Positions 22,890 to 37,200 of a DNA stretch of 64,000 bases are shown here, in pieces. Position 1 is the stretch's first letter, and each line of letters begins with the position of its first letter. The position numbers and the translations under genes are program-made. The stretch is from the NCBI GenBank assembly GCA_973895155.1, contig OZ316896.1, forward strand, positions 23,331,722 to 23,395,721. Reading direction: 5' to 3'. Under the pieces are notes generated by a model. It was given only the letters and a program-made list of their open reading frames with translations. It was not told the origin of the DNA and ran no database searches. The stretch comes from Marsupella aquatica (lineage: Eukaryota > Plantae > Marchantiophyta).

Positions 22890-24790
22890 ATGAATCAAGG
22901 CACTGGTAACGCGAAGAGCTGGTATGGACTCAGATCTTCTGGTGTTGAGAGGGACGGTTTCTCAAGATGGGATTCTCAGAGGACACGGGATCATCTTCAA
23001 ATGGATGAACTGGAAGGGCGGAGTACGGGCCTCCCTTTGGAGGACTTTCAAGATGATATCGGAGACCGCGGAGAAATTGAACCCGAGGCTGAGGCGCTTG
23101 CTCATCAGAAGAACGCACCCCCGGGGACTGTCACTGATCAACTGCGCGCTATTAAGGTGGAGCGGGTGGCGGAAATTGAAGCATGCATACCAATTTTGAG
23201 AAGGATTTTGGATCTCTCAATCCAGGTTTGGCCTTCTAAGTTGCATACCACGATAAAGTGGTCCCTGGATGAGGTTGCAAAGACAGTCACTGAACTTTTT
23301 AACTGCACAATGATGTGCTACTTCACTGACAGGGTGCTGATGCTTCCAACCTTCAAATTCTAGGTGAATAAGACCTTTGTAGAGGAGATGAATTGGCCTG
23401 TCACTCAGGTGAAATTTGTGGGAAAAAGCTTTTACATGGTTACGTTCAAAGATCCTGAACACAGGGACATTGCGCTAGCAGGTGCACCTTGGTTCCTTGA
23501 GAGGAAATTTGTTTTCACCTTTCCATGGGATCCATCATTCGATATACGAAGTGAGTCTTACACGATGCTACGTGTTTGGATAGAAATCCCTTTCAGAGCC
23601 TTGATTCTTGAGCCATGCCGAAGGAAGTTGGCTGCCTCCTTGGGAGACATTCTACATTACATTCAGGGCGATGATCTTAGTTCTTACCCTCATGACAGAG
23701 CCTGTGTCCTCTGGGATACTCAGAGAGAAGTGCCGTTAAGTGTTAATTTCCTTATTGGTTGGAGGACCCTTCTAAATTTCTCAATACTTAACGGCACTTA
23801 AGGGCAACCAATAATTTTTTAAAAATACCCTTCCATTGTTTTCATTGTGGAAAGAAGGGCCATCTTGCTCGGGATTGCAGAAATTTTGAAGAGACTAGGG
23901 CTACTGAGGATCCCCAGGCCAAAAATGTGAATGCCATAGAGCCGGCACTGAATGAACAAATGGCTGGGGTGACGAGTACTGCGGAGAATGTGAATGTGGT
24001 GGAAGTGGCTGCTCTCGTTCCCATTGTGGACAATGACATTCGCTCTGAGGACGGACCTGTATTGGTGACGACAATTGGGTCACCCACTCAAGGTGGGCTC
24101 CTGATACCTGGCGAGGAAAATGGAGAGACACCAATTCTTTTCGGTCAAGTACTCACGGGGGTTGCGAATGCACTGCCAGCCTCTAATGATCGTGGATGGG
24201 TAAGGCCGACAGTGGATTGCAGACTTACTGAATCCAGGACTTTGAATCTCCCATACAAGGGCAAGATCCACAAGGTTATACAGGACCTGCAAGTGATTGA
24301 ACTCCCATTTGCTGATTCCAGGGAGATTACTCTACACCCGGAGGTCCCGGCACTAGAAGCGTCGGATTTGAGTAAAGCGTTGATAATAAGAGAACCCATT
24401 CCTACTTCTAAGGAATTTCTACAAATCTCTGCTTCTGATCCTCCTTCTGATATTGAGATGTCCGAATTTGAGGGATACGTCTCGCGAATGGAAATCAAGA
24501 GAGACCGGGTAAGGAAGTTGGCAAGGAGGTCACCGCCTGAGGAAAAGAAGAAAGAGAAGGGGAAAAAGAAAGCTAAGAATCAACGTTCCTTACACTTTGC
24601 CTCGGATGCTGATGGATGGACAACACCTGAGAAGAAGCAGGTTGGAGAACAACGTCGACGCCTAGGTAGTCCTACTGAATTGGTGTCAGAGGTGGCACTG
24701 ATTCCTCGAGAAAAGGAAGATCTTGCTCGGGCTCTTATTTGCAATCCCATACTGGGCCCAAATAGGACTGACCCTGAGCTCAATATGTAA
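22890..24790 (+). pseudogene. L1-type LINE ORF1 (DUF4283-like plus CCHC knuckle), disrupted
   Basis: GAPWFLERKFVFTFPWDPSF...VWIEIP; CFHCGKKGHLARDC near 23836; stop and frameshift. Confidence 0.85.
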
Positions 24791-24865
24791 GCACTCTTAA
24801 ATGGTGATTGGGAATACAGGAGGGCCAACACATGGGGATACATGAATTAAGCTTGTCATCTCGGA

Positions 24866-27800
24866 ATGAAACTTTTTAGTTTTGCATCGTGGAATGTTAG
24901 TGGCCTCTACGATCCGGATCGAAAAACGGTTGTCCAGAAATGGGTAGCTTCTCTTCGTCCCCCTATTGATGCTTTGGCCTTACAGGAGGTTAAGGCTGAC
25001 ACTTTCAGACTTAATAATGCTCTGAGAGTAATTCTACCCTTATTCCAAGTTTTCAACGCGATTCCTGATGAAGGGAAAGGAGGCACTGCAATTTTGGTAC
25101 ATCCGTCCTTTGTGGTGCAGGCATCTGGCACTCTTGATCGAGGAAGAGCAGTTTGGATACAATTACAACACGAAGAAGGAAGTTTTGGGCTGATCAGTAT
25201 CTATGCTCCCAATACAATGACCGAGTGTGTCCTGCTGTGGAATGAGTTACTGAATATTCTACCTCAGGAGAAATGGATCTTTTGTGGTGACTTCAATATG
25301 ATTGAGTTACTGGAAGATTCTAGGGGTCTTCCCCTCGTATTCGAGGATGAGAGCTAGATACTTGGCGTCTCCTTAGGTTGCGGTTTGACTTGCAAAATGC
25401 ACAAGAGATTTTGGGCTAGGTAATTGGATCTAACTTTACCTGGAGAAGAGTACGTAATGGTAGATTGATACAATCCAGATTAGACCGCTTTTACTTGAGT
25501 GAAAAGGGGCAATGGATGGAAGAGATTATAGAGTTACAACATGATGGCTCTAATGGTTTATCAGATCATGATCCTATCATCCTTACGTTCAGGATGACCC
25601 CTCGGAATTCTACAGAATCAAGGGGGCGTAGAGCTACTTACTTTAAGGCAAACCCTGCTATCCTTCGGAAAAGGGAGAATATAGATGCTTTGGAGACTGC
25701 ATGGAAAGTAGAAACTAGAAGTGGAGAGAACCCACACCTTAGATTTGCGGAGGCAGTACAGAGACTCCACCGCTGCTACATTGATCTACAGTTTTCCCCG
25801 GTCCCTTGGGATGAGGAGATGGTGAGACTAAGAGAAAAACTTCATTTGTTGAAAATTGCTATAATGGAGGAATACACTGAGGATACATTACAGGAGTTCA
25901 CTGGTACTGAACAGAGCTTAAGAGAAATGGAATTGGAAGAAGCACATCACAACAGGAGGCTGGCACGAATTAAATGGCTTGGGCAAGGGGATGAACCCTC
26001 TAAGTTTTATTTCTCAATTGTGAAGGCTAAACGGGCGCAAGAACACATTGAATTTCTGATTGGAGAAGCCGGGAATGAGATCAGGGATGAGAACATGGTG
26101 CTTAGGGAAGTGCAACAACACTGTGAGCGACTTTATACACCTCTTGACGTTACTGCGGAGGTTTGTAATGAGAAGCTTGCTGCAAGGAGAAGATTATGCC
26201 AGAACACGCATTTTGCTCTCTCAGCTATCGAAATTCATAGATTGGAGAGGTTGCCTACTCAACAAGAGCTCTATGAAACGCTGCTTCTACTCCCATGTGA
26301 CAAGGCGCCCGGAGTAGATGGAATTACTGCCGAGGTCCTACGAGATGCTAGGAGTTTATGAAAGTACAATTTCATGAGATGGTTTGTGAATTTTGGAGAT
26401 CTGGCAATATGGCTTTTGGGATTAAAGATGGAGTTATTCGGTTTATCCCTAAGAAGACGGATAAACGAAGACTGGGTGACTGGAGAGGGTTAACAATGCT
26501 GACTACCACCTACAAGATTATAGCTAAGCTCTTGGCTATACGTTTGAAGATCTATCTGCCAAAAATGATAAGCCCTCAGCAAACTGGCTTCATCCCTGGC
26601 AGGCATATCTTGGAAAATATTTCTCTCACATGGCTTGCAAGCGACTGGATCAGTATCATGCAAACTCCTACGCTTTTCTTGCTGTTAGATTTTGAGAAAG
26701 CATTTGACATGGTGGATCATTCATACATTTGGGAAACCATGAACCTGTTGGGGATAGGATCCCGCTTCATTTTCCTAGTTAAATCCTTAGTCAGCAACGG
26801 TTGTTCTAAAGCTCTGGTGAACGGCCTGTGGACAGGAGATATTGAGATGAGACGTGGGGTAAGGCAAGGCTGCCCACTCTCCCCTCTACTTTTTGCAATT
26901 TCAACGCAACCTTTCATGGACTTTTGCAATGCAGAGATTGTTGTAGGGAGGCTACAAGGTCTGCGAATCAACTCATCACTCGAGATGTGCTTTCGACTTT
27001 TTGCTGACGACTTAGGACTGTTGATTCCTGCGACAGCTAAAGCGTTCGAACAAGCTAGAAGTGCTATTAACTGCTATGAATGCGCTACCAGTGCTAAACT
27101 CAATCTCAAGAAATCGATCATCATTCCTCTTGCTATGGATGAAATTCCTGATTGGCTTAAAGCTACTGGCTGTACGATTAGCATGAAAGGATCTGTTCAG
27201 CGATACCTTGGCGCTCCATTTGGAGTTGATCTGCTAGAGTCCCAACTGCATAACTTCTGTCTTGACCATATTGGAGCTTGGCTTTCATCTTGGTCAACTC
27301 GATTTCTTTCCTTTACAGGGCGGCTACTTCTGATTAAACATGTCTTACAAGCAATTCCGATATATCATATGATGTTTATACGATCTTCGGGAACACTGGC
27401 CAAGAAGCTGATAAAGCTTAACAGGACTTTCCTATGGGGCAACAATCTGCTTGGAGGACGTAAGATCCCACTGGTGGCGTGGGAGAAGATTGCTAGACCT
27501 AAATTGGATGGAGGATTGGGCATATAAGAGTTCAGAAGTCATTCTGATGCCCTTTTATGTAAATGGTTCTCAGGAGCACTTGATGACCCTCACTCGGAAT
27601 GGGCACATGCAGATGTTGGCAGTCAATCTACAGTTGACTAAATGGAGAAACTACAAGATGGTGCGAAGGAATTGCTACTCATTGATGGATAAATTACTAT
27701 TGAGCAATCCACGCTCCTTTGGTAAATTAACATACACTGGCCAACTCTGGAAGGCATGGGAACTGGCCAGAGCGCACCTGATACTCTACCTTGATACAGG

Positions 27801-28208
27801 CGTCATCCCGGGTAATTGGGGATTTGAAGACCTGGTCAGGAGTTTACAAGGCTTTCACCAATTGCCTGAGGAAAGCATTATGGAGACAATCAGGACCTAT
27901 GGCAGAATGGGACTTTGCAAGGTAAGCGACTTGTGGTCTAACAGGCTGAATGACTGGAAGGATATCTCGGGGAAGCTACGACGTTTAAGGGGCCTAAATG
28001 ACACAGGACGGTCCCTTTGCTTGTCCTTGTATTTGAAGATTTGTGGCATGACAGTGGGAGCAGGGGAGCAAGATGCCGATCCGCGACTGTGGCGATGGAA
28101 CAATACCAAAGGAGTGATGAGACATTTCAGTCTATCAAACATGAGAGTATATGAAATGTTGTGACCCAAAGGCTCGGATTGGGAGCGACTCAACACTATC
28201 TGGCAGAA
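24866..28208 (+). pseudogene. L1-type LINE ORF2 (APE endonuclease plus RT), disrupted, 3'-truncated
   Basis: SWNVSGL, LQEVK, IYAPN, GDFN, SRLDRFY, SDHDP; KAPGVDG, QQTGF, LDFEKAFD, GVRQGCPLSPLLF, FADD, YLG. Confidence 0.93.
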
Positions 28209-31200
28209 GTGGATCTTTGGCGTCCAAGGTTGAGGAGACACAAGAATCATATTGGGCCCGAGGGTGCAGTGAATGTGAAATTGAGATGGAGGGGATTGAG
28301 GGACCAGTCCGTGCATTAATTGACACAGGATCAGAAGTGAACCTGATGTCAAAGAAGTTCTATGAAGATGGGCAATGGGTTGTGGATTGCGACATCCAAT
28401 GGAAGGTGAATTCCGTCAATGCCACCAAAAATGCATTGTGGGGTGCTTGCCCAGATGTGAAGATAAAAGTGGGCAATGTGATCGAACCCATTAATATTTT
28501 TGTCCATGATAGTCTACCATATCCAATCATTTTAGGGCAGCCATTCATCACACAATTAAGAATGGAGACTAAGGTGTTGGATGATGGCACACGTGTGGCA
28601 AAGGTGAAGAGCCGCAATGGTATGAGAATTGTCCAATTTCCAACTGTTTGGCCAGGAAACGAGAGAAATAGGCGGGAGCTTAGGGCTCCAGAGAAGAAAA
28701 ATACTTGGGGTTTCCACTAGGCGTCCCGACAACAAAGGTGGGAGATCGAGGCGCCAAGAGGATAACCCCACCACAAGCTGAAGAAGTCAATATTGAGAAG
28801 TGTTTCACATCCTCATGTGTTGGCATAGGGACAGATAAGGTTGTCTCCTTCTTACACACAAAGGAAGCAACTAGAAAACTACAAAAAAGATTGAGGAGAA
28901 GAGAAGGTATGATGCAAGCAGCAAAGGAAATTGAAGAAGGCGAGACAGTTCTCGGTATACTACAAGAACAAGGAGAAGGCAAGTCTGTGGAGCAAGTGAT
29001 TTTGTCAATTGAGCAAGGCAAATCAGAAATTGAGATTGGAAGAGAACTTCATGAACTAGTATCTCATCTAGTCCATGAAGGAGTGAACGTCAACACAAAG
29101 TACAAAACAGTGGATAGAAAGGTTCGACCAGCCGCGGTTCCATTGCCTTTGGAAGCAGGAGAATTGCTACAAAGAGCACAAGAAGAACCAAGATTGAGAG
29201 ATTCCAAGAGAATAGGCCATGTCTTCACAAATGAGACATATATTGGAGCAGATCAAGATTGGAGGAGATGGCTTGCTTACCATGGTTGAGCAAGATGCCT
29301 TCAAAGAGATGATTGCTAGAAATGGAAAGGCTTTTGCCTTCAATATTGAGGAGATTGGGTGTGCTAATCCACGCGAGATAGCACCAATGGTGATTTTCAC
29401 AGTCCCGCATATACCATGGGACTTGAAACCAATTCCGGTTCCTAAAGCTTTGCTACCGCAACTAGTGGAGCTACTAAAAGAGAAGCTGAAAGCCAAGATT
29501 TTGGAGAGGTCAGAGGCACCATACTCCAATCAGTGGTTTACAATTCGAAAGAAGAATGGGAAGCTAAGGTTCATATAGGATATGCAACCGCCGAATAGAG
29601 TCACCATTCGGAATGTAGGAACTAGTCCAATTGTGGATGAATTTGCGGAGGATTTTGCAGGAAGGGCTGTCTATTCAATTGGAGATCTCTACTCAGGGTA
29701 TGATCAGTTTCAGCTTGCAGAAGGAAGCCGAGACATCACTACAATGAGAACTCCACTTGGGTTATTGAAGATGTGTACCCTTCCACAAGGAGCAACAAAC
29801 TCAGTGGCACATATGCAAAATGCTATGAATCGTATTTTGCAATTATTTATTCCAGAGAAAACTCGCTCATTTCTTGATGACATACCAATCAAGGGATGTG
29901 TGGAAGGTAAAAAAGATGAGACATTGAGGAAGGATGGAATGAGGCAGTTCATTTGGGAGCATATGCAAGATGTGGAAGCCATTCTACATCGATTGATAGA
30001 AGCAGGAGTAACTCTTTTTGGTGAGAAGTCTGCGTTTGGACTTAAAGAGATATTGGTCGTAGGGCATATGTGTGGAACATATGGCCGCAAACCAAACAAC
30101 GATAAGGTGGATGCAATCAACAAGATGAGAGATTGCACCACAGTGCCAGAAGTAAGGAGATTTCTTGGAGGATGTGTCTTCTATCGTATTTGGATTCCGC
30201 ACTTTGCTCATATTGCAGAACCCCTATATCAACTCTTGAGAAAGAGAACCAAGTTTGTATGGACAATAGACCATACAACTGCAATGAGCAGATTAAAGGA
30301 AGCACTACAGAAGTCACCAGTCCTGCATCCGCTAAACTACACCAATGGGCAGCCAATAATCATCACGGTGGATTCAAGTCCTTATGCTACAGGATGGGCG
30401 CTTGGACAAGATGATGAGGAAGGCAACAGATATGCATCAAGATTTGGAGCAAAGATCTTCACCGAGCGGCAAAGAAGGTACCCTCAAGTCAAGCGTGAGT
30501 TGTGGGGTGCAAAAATTGCATTAAAACAAGAGAAAGATAGCTTGATTGGTGCGTATGTAGTTCTTGAGACGGATTGCTTGCCATTATTAGGGATGATTGC
30601 AAATTGTGATACCCTTAATATAGCAATGCTACGATGGATAGCATTCATCAGAATGATTAATCCAGAACTGAAGCATATAGCAGGAAAGAACAATCCAGTA
30701 GCCGATATGCTATCTAGAGCTTGATATGATGAGCATGAAGAATGTAGAGTAGAAGCAAATGAGGTATCAGAGATGCCAACTTTTAGAGAGGAGTTATACT
30801 CTGATGAGCTTCTCACTATAGGAAGGTATCTTCATACATTAGAGAAAGATCCAGAATGGAGCAGAGAAGAATTTGAAAAGATTAGGAAGAAGTCTTATGG
30901 TTTTCTTCTACAAGATGGGTACTTATGGCGCCGAGCCAAGAAGTCAAACCAGATACCGATGAGAGTGGTGGGAGATGAAGACACCAAGATCATGATTCTA
31001 CAAGAATGTCATGATAAGGAGATAGCTGGCCATCGAGGAGTTCAAGCCACATATGACAGGGTCAGAGGATTATATTGGTGGCCCGGAGTCTATATGGATG
31101 TGCGAAGGTATGTAGAGACTTGTGAAATTTGTCAAGTCTACTCCAAAATTCGGCATCGTGATGGGTTAAGACCAACTTGTCCGTTATCACTTCACTTTCA

Positions 31201-32130
31201 ATGGGTGCTTGATCTGGTTCATATGCCATTGGGAGTTCGTGGAGCCAAGTACCTAGTTCTAGCTAGGGAAGACTTGTCGTCATATGTGGAGGGAAGAGCA
31301 CTGACATCAAACACAACTTCACAAGTTTGTTGATTCATCTTGGAGGATATCATTTCTAGACATGGTTGCTTCTACCAAATGCGAGCAGATCGTGGGGAGT
31401 TAGATTCCGATGAGGCAAGAGAGTTCTTCCAAAAATTTCATATTCGCCTCAAGCTAACCACAGCTTACAATCCAGAGGCAAATGGCAAAAGTGAAAGAGG
31501 ACATCCACCTATTGTCAATGCATTAGTGAAAGCGTGTCATGGTAAGCCTTCACTATGGCCTGATTTGCTACCTTTGGCACTCATGGCTGATAGAATCACT
31601 TGTAGTTTGGCCACTGGGTTTCCACCAATCGAGCTAGTTTCAGGGCATCTACCACTCATGCCAATTGAGGAAGATGTCTATAGTTGGCGCACCATAGAAT
31701 GGAGAGATCTGGTCTCCACTGAAGAGCTGATTGCAAGAAGGATCAAGCACTTCAGTCTTAAGCCAGAAATGATAAAGCTTGCAAGGGAGAGGGTGACAGA
31801 GGCGCGCTTGAAGAACAAGATTCGCTTTGACAAAACCCATTGACTCCGACCAATTCCCATCCACGAAGGTGATTGGGTGTTGATTTCAGACAACAGTTTG
31901 GATAATCAACATTCGGCACTTAAGAAGTTTGCAAGGAGGTGGGGAGGACCTTATGTAGTGACTAAGGTTCATGACAATGCGACTTACAGCATTTGAGAGT
32001 TGGATGGAACAGAGCATCGTACACCTTATGCAGGGAAACAAGTCAAGCTTTTCAAACAAAGGAGTAGGTTTGGAGGAAATGAGGCGCTAGTCAACTTGGA
32101 AGAAGATGAGGAAAATGAAGGTTGGTGCAG
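28208..32130 (+). pseudogene. Second Ty3/Gypsy family pol (protease-RT-RNase H-integrase), degenerate, 5' part missing
   Basis: LIDTGSEVN; LYSGYDQ, LPQG, FLDD; VDSS...KRELWG...ETDC; H...GH...C..C; rve core NGKSER; GPY motif near 31945; several stops and frameshifts. Confidence 0.93.
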
Positions 32131-32150
32131 ACCGGAGGCTGCACAGATTC

Positions 32151-32162
32151 AGTGGGGGTGAA
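32151..32162 (+). promoter_or_regulatory. Polypurine tract of the second Gypsy element
   Basis: AGTGGGGGTGAA immediately before TGTCGTAAGGG. Confidence 0.7.
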
Positions 32163-33200
32163 TGTCGTAAGGGAATTAGATTATATGGAGAATAGCTTGG
32201 TTTTGTGTGAAAATATAAAAGTAGAGGTTTTTGTGGTAAAAAGGAGATTTTGGGTTTTACCAAGTAAAATTATAAGTCTTGATAATTTTCAAGATCTACC
32301 ATAGTAAATAGTAACTTCTAGAATTTACCATAGTAAAAAGGTAAATTCCAATAACTTCTAGAATCTACCTTAGTAAATAGTAATTTCTTGTATTTACTAT
32401 AGTAAAAAGGTAAATTCCGGTAAGTTCTAGAATTTACTATGGTAAAAAGTGAGTTCTAGAATTTACCGTGGTAAAAAGTAAGTTCTAGTAAGTTCTAGTT
32501 AATTCTAGTATCTTCTAGGATACTCTTGCAAAGGGACCAGCGTGGTCTGGCTCCAACTATAAATAAGAGGGAGGTTCGCCCTCCCAGGGGAGTCCATTTT
32601 CCAGCATTTCAAGTGTATGAGTGTGAGGATAGAGAGTGCATAGAGCGCATATTGTGTGCATTTGCATTGGAGGAATGCTTGAACATTGGTTCTAGGACTA
32701 ACGGAATGGCTATGCCGCCGGTTTCTATGGTGGAAAGATTCTAAGTTTCTTGATTCTTGGTCATGGAAGGCATTGCCACCACTCGAGTACCTTGAAGATG
32801 GAACTTTGAATCTAGCAAGGTCGGCTATGCCGCCAATACCATAGATATAATGTCCACGAACCTGTGATCAAGTAGGGACGGCTCTGCCGCTGAACCTCTC
32901 TTAGTTAGAAAGCATATAGGAAGTATGAATGTCAATATCGATTTGAATGAGAGTCCGCAGATTTTGAATTTAAATTCTACGGTGAGCATTAAGTTGATAG
33001 TAAAGAGGAAGGTAGATATTAGGCAGGTTCTGACACAGAAGTTTGGGGAAGAAGGATACACTGCGATTATCGCGTCATCGGATCCATTAATACTGTATTG
33101 ATGCACAGATGGGGATGTGAGTGTGTTCATAATAGTGTAATAGAAGAGAGATCATAGCCGAGAGTTGATAGAGGCACGTAAAGAAGATTAGGGGTACACA
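32163..33200 (+). mobile_element. 3' LTR of the second Gypsy element (right end tentative)
   Basis: TG start after the PPT; CTATAAATA near 32557; possible end GGGGTACACA at 33200. Confidence 0.55.
32290..32520. repeat. Degenerate tandem repeats in LTR U3 (TTCTAGAATTTACCATAGTAAA-like)
   Basis: Motif recurs with variation at roughly 25-35 bp spacing. Confidence 0.8.
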
Positions 33201-33660
33201 ATATCATCAGTTATCAGCCACTGATAACTGATATCAGCTACCTCAAAAAAATTTGAATCTCAGCTAAGGAGCTAAGATTGGGACCTTTGTACGTCCGCGC
33301 ATCTCAGCTAGGCAGCTGAGATTGTTCAATCTCGGCTGACCTCGCCGAGATGGGTGTACGGACCGAAAAAAAATCGGAAAAAAAAAAAAAAAAACTTAAA
33401 ATTTTTCGAAAAAAAAAATTTGAAAAAAAAAATTCGGAAATTTTTTCTCTCATCTCGGTACGGACACCACATCTCGGAGAGGTCAGCCGAGATGAGAGAA
33501 AAAATTTGAAAAAAAAAACTTTCTCCTTCAATTTTTGAAAAAAAAATCAAAATTTTTTTGTTCCGTTTTTTTTCTCTAATCGCAACTTGGCGGCCTCTCT
33601 GAGATGAGGTGGCAGCTGATATCAGGTCGACTGATGAAAATGACTGATAACTGATGAGAT
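33201..33660. mobile_element. Foldback/MITE-like element with nested inverted repeats and an A/T-run core
   Basis: Termini ATATCATCAGTTATCAG / CTGATAACTGATGAGAT; inner arms ATCTCGGCTGACCTC...CCGAGATG vs CATCTCGG...GAGGTCAGCCGAGAT. Confidence 0.7.
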
Positions 33661-34270
33661 TACTTATCTCAGAAGATTATCACTCGGAGGAGAGATTTGT
33701 GGAGTGTGGGCCTGGCCCCGACTACTCTGGTGTTATTGCCAATATCTGGAGTAGATCACACATGTCTCTTGGTACCAAAAGTGCTTAGGAGTCCTTGCAG
33801 AAAAGGGTACGCCCTCCCACCCAGCTTATCTGGAGAAAACCGCAAGAGACACAAGGGAACCCAAGGAACTTGAGAAATGGCCAGGAGAGGACAAGGCTCT
33901 CAAGGGAATTGGTTCTAAGCATGAGGTCTCTTACAAGTGATAAGTAACATAATTAGCACATGCAACCAGACACCCGATATGTTCTTGAGAGCTCACTATT
34001 CCCAGGACATCGTCTCCCAGGTGCCATTATGAAAGTTAAGGAAAATCACCACGATCCAAAATTATTGTCAAGCGCTCAATTTGGAAAAGGAAGATTTCCT
34101 TGGAATATTTAATTTTTATAATTTTGAAAGCCACGAAAACCCCGTGGTAGGGGAAAGCCAACAGCACCAGCCAAGGAAACAAAGGAACAACAACCCACAC
34201 CCAGAACCCCGCAGAGCAAGGGGGCTAAAGTGGTCCACAAGTGTCAAAAAGAACTCAGAATCCCCAGATA

Positions 34271-37200
34271 TCAAAGTCGGGGGACCGATGTCACCCATCC
34301 ATCCCTACGGCTAAACCACACCATTCTTTCCAAGCTCATCATTTCACGCGCTCTCCGTAATCTAGCATATCGTCGATTATGGGGCATGCCCAGTCCCACA
34401 GCAGAGACATGATCCGCAGCCTCCGAAAGCAAAAATCTAAAGTCAAATCTACGAGTACCATCTATCTGAAACATATGTTCATTTCTGCCGGTCCACAACT
34501 GCCACAGCATCTGGAAGAGAATAAACATTTTCACTACCTTCCCTGGTTCTCTGCCAATCGTAGAATCTAAAAGCCTAACTAATCCATCAGGGTAGTCAGC
34601 AAACATGCCCCTGAAGCCACCAGCACAGACTGACCAACACTTCCTAGCATGTGTACATTGCATAAAAAGGTGAGGAAGCGATTCGCTTACTCCAGGGCAG
34701 AGCTTGCAGTGCCCGTTACCCTTGCCAATGCGAGCAGCCCTCACTCCTGTAAAGAGTCCAGAGGCCAGCACCCTCCAAATAAAGGTCTTCGCACGAGTGG
34801 ACAAATCCGATCTCCAAATACTTGCCCATCCCTCTCTCCATTCCTCCGCCGACTTGCTAGATGGTCCCCCAGGTTCGATTCAGACTCTCATGATCCTCAG
34901 TAGTTGGATGCAGCAGTTGGTAAGCACGGATGTTAGTGATTCTAAATTCCTTTAAAACTTCCGGTTTATCCGCCCATCTCCAACATACAGGTCCAGGTGC
35001 AAATGCAAACTCACAGGAGTGAATTCCCTATAGTCTCACAGTAAATTCCCTGCACTTATCCCTATGGAGCAGAGAGAATCCTCTGACGTGGTCCCAACAA
35101 TCTGAGGTATCTCTCCATTCACCCAGCCTCTCACTCCATAGATTCTGAATGCACTTGATGCCCAGTCTTCCACATATCTCCATTACTACTCTGAAATCTT
35201 CATTTGACCACGCTTGAAATCCTTTCAAGCAGCGCAAAGTATCCCCCACACTCCATCTTCCAGGAATCCTCCCCCTGGGCACAAATATCAAGTGAGTACG
35301 TAGCTCAGCCCAAGCCCTCCATAGGCCCCCTGTATATGATAATCCATGCAGTGCACGTGGGGTGCACAGTAGCAATTTATCCTGGAAGGTATACTCATTC
35401 CTGCGTATTACTTTGTAGTTCTCCCAACTAATCAAGTTCAAGTTAGCTTCAAACATGCGAGCCCACTCCGATGTCGGACAGTCCAGCGCACGTGTGAACC
35501 ACTTTGAAAGCAAGGCATCCGAATGACTCCTGAACTCCTTGAATCCAATTCCCCCTTCCATTCTAGGCCGTGCCATTCGAGCCCATGATACTAGTGGGAT
35601 CTTCCGTCCCCCTTCCGGGTTATATCCCCAAAGAAAGTCTCGGCAAAGTGCTGTAAGTTTTCTCGCTAACCTGCTGATGCCTTCAGAAACATAGTGTGGT
35701 AAATCGGTATTGCCTGTAAGATGTGTCGTATCAAGAGAGATCTCCCAGTAAATGAAAGTAACTTGTTAGCCCATGAGGAGAGTCTCGTGCCAATCTTATC
35801 TAGGCAAAATCTGTGGAGCTGTTCAGTCTTCAGATCCACTCCTATTGGAGCTCCCAAATACTTTTGCAGCTCTCCCCTAGCACAAATGATGCAGCCAGTA
35901 TCTCGCAACCAGTTCGGTATGTTCTCCATTGCCATCGGAATTACTACCGATTTCTGCGAATTCAATCTTGCCCCAGTAGCAGTTTCGTAGCAATTCAATA
36001 TCACCGTTACTAGTTGGAAACCAATCTCAGTGGCCGGAATAAACATCCCTAGATCATCCGCAAACAGCCAATAGCAAATCGTAAGTACCGCAGAGATCTG
36101 TATCCCCATAAGTCGACCACCTGCCAACTCCGCATCCATATAATCCATTAGAAGCTGAGTGGAAATTACAAATAGTAAGGGTGATAAAGGGCAGCCCTGC
36201 CGGACTCCCCGTCTCAGCCCAATGTCACTCGAAAGCATCCCATTTACATACACCTGCGAAGTAGCATCAGCTAGTAATGCTTGCACCAGTTTAATAAATT
36301 GCCTACTTATTCCGAGCAGATGCATAGTTTCCCATATGTACATATGATTCACCCTGTCAAATGCTTTCTCGAAGTCTAGCTTAAGAAAGAGTGATTCCTG
36401 TCTACGATTCCTAACCCAGTCACTAGTAAGCCAAGCCAAAGAGATGTTCTCTAGAATGTTTCTGCCTGGGATAAAGCCAGTTTGTTGTGGGCTTATCAGT
36501 TTGGGAAGAATCAACTTCAAACGCAAAGCCAAAAGCTTAGCTATCAGTTTGTAGATAGTGTTGAGCATCGTCAATGGACGCCAGTCCTTCAAGAATCTCT
36601 TATCAGGCTTTTTAGGAATAAACTTGATTATTCCATCCTTGATCCTTGCTGCAATGCGTCCTGTCAGCCAAAATTCCTGTACAATGTTGATCAGATCCAC
36701 CTGAATGAAGTCCCAGCAAGCGCGGTACACCTCAGCTGTCAATCCATCTGGGCCTGGGGCCTTATCGTTGGGCAGCATCCATAATACTTCTTTGATTTTT
36801 AAACGAGTCGGCAATCCCTCCAGCCAAGCAAGTTCAGCAACAGATAATGCAACCACAGTATGTGCTAATAGTTTCTTACGAGCTCGTAAGATGTCCACCT
36901 GTTCTGTCCCGGATGCCTCCACCGGAGCATAGAGCTCCTCACAACATTTCCTTGGAAATGTTTTTTCTCAATTTATTAGTGACCACGAAAACCCCGTGGC
37001 AAGGAAAACAGGAAAGTGACCAAAACACACAATCAACCACCCCGCCTGAAGAGCGGAAACAACAACATGCGATGAAAGCCCAGAGACCAGGCTGTCCACC
37101 ACGAAAACAGTGATCCACGCCAGGTTAAAGCAGAGCTCAAGTACTGCATTCCCCATTGGCCAGCATATTTCCTATCTAGATGTAATCCAAGTCTGCCGGC

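Noticed and set aside
33304-33550. F/K-rich ORFs
   Set aside because: Artefacts of A/T homopolymer runs in the foldback element.
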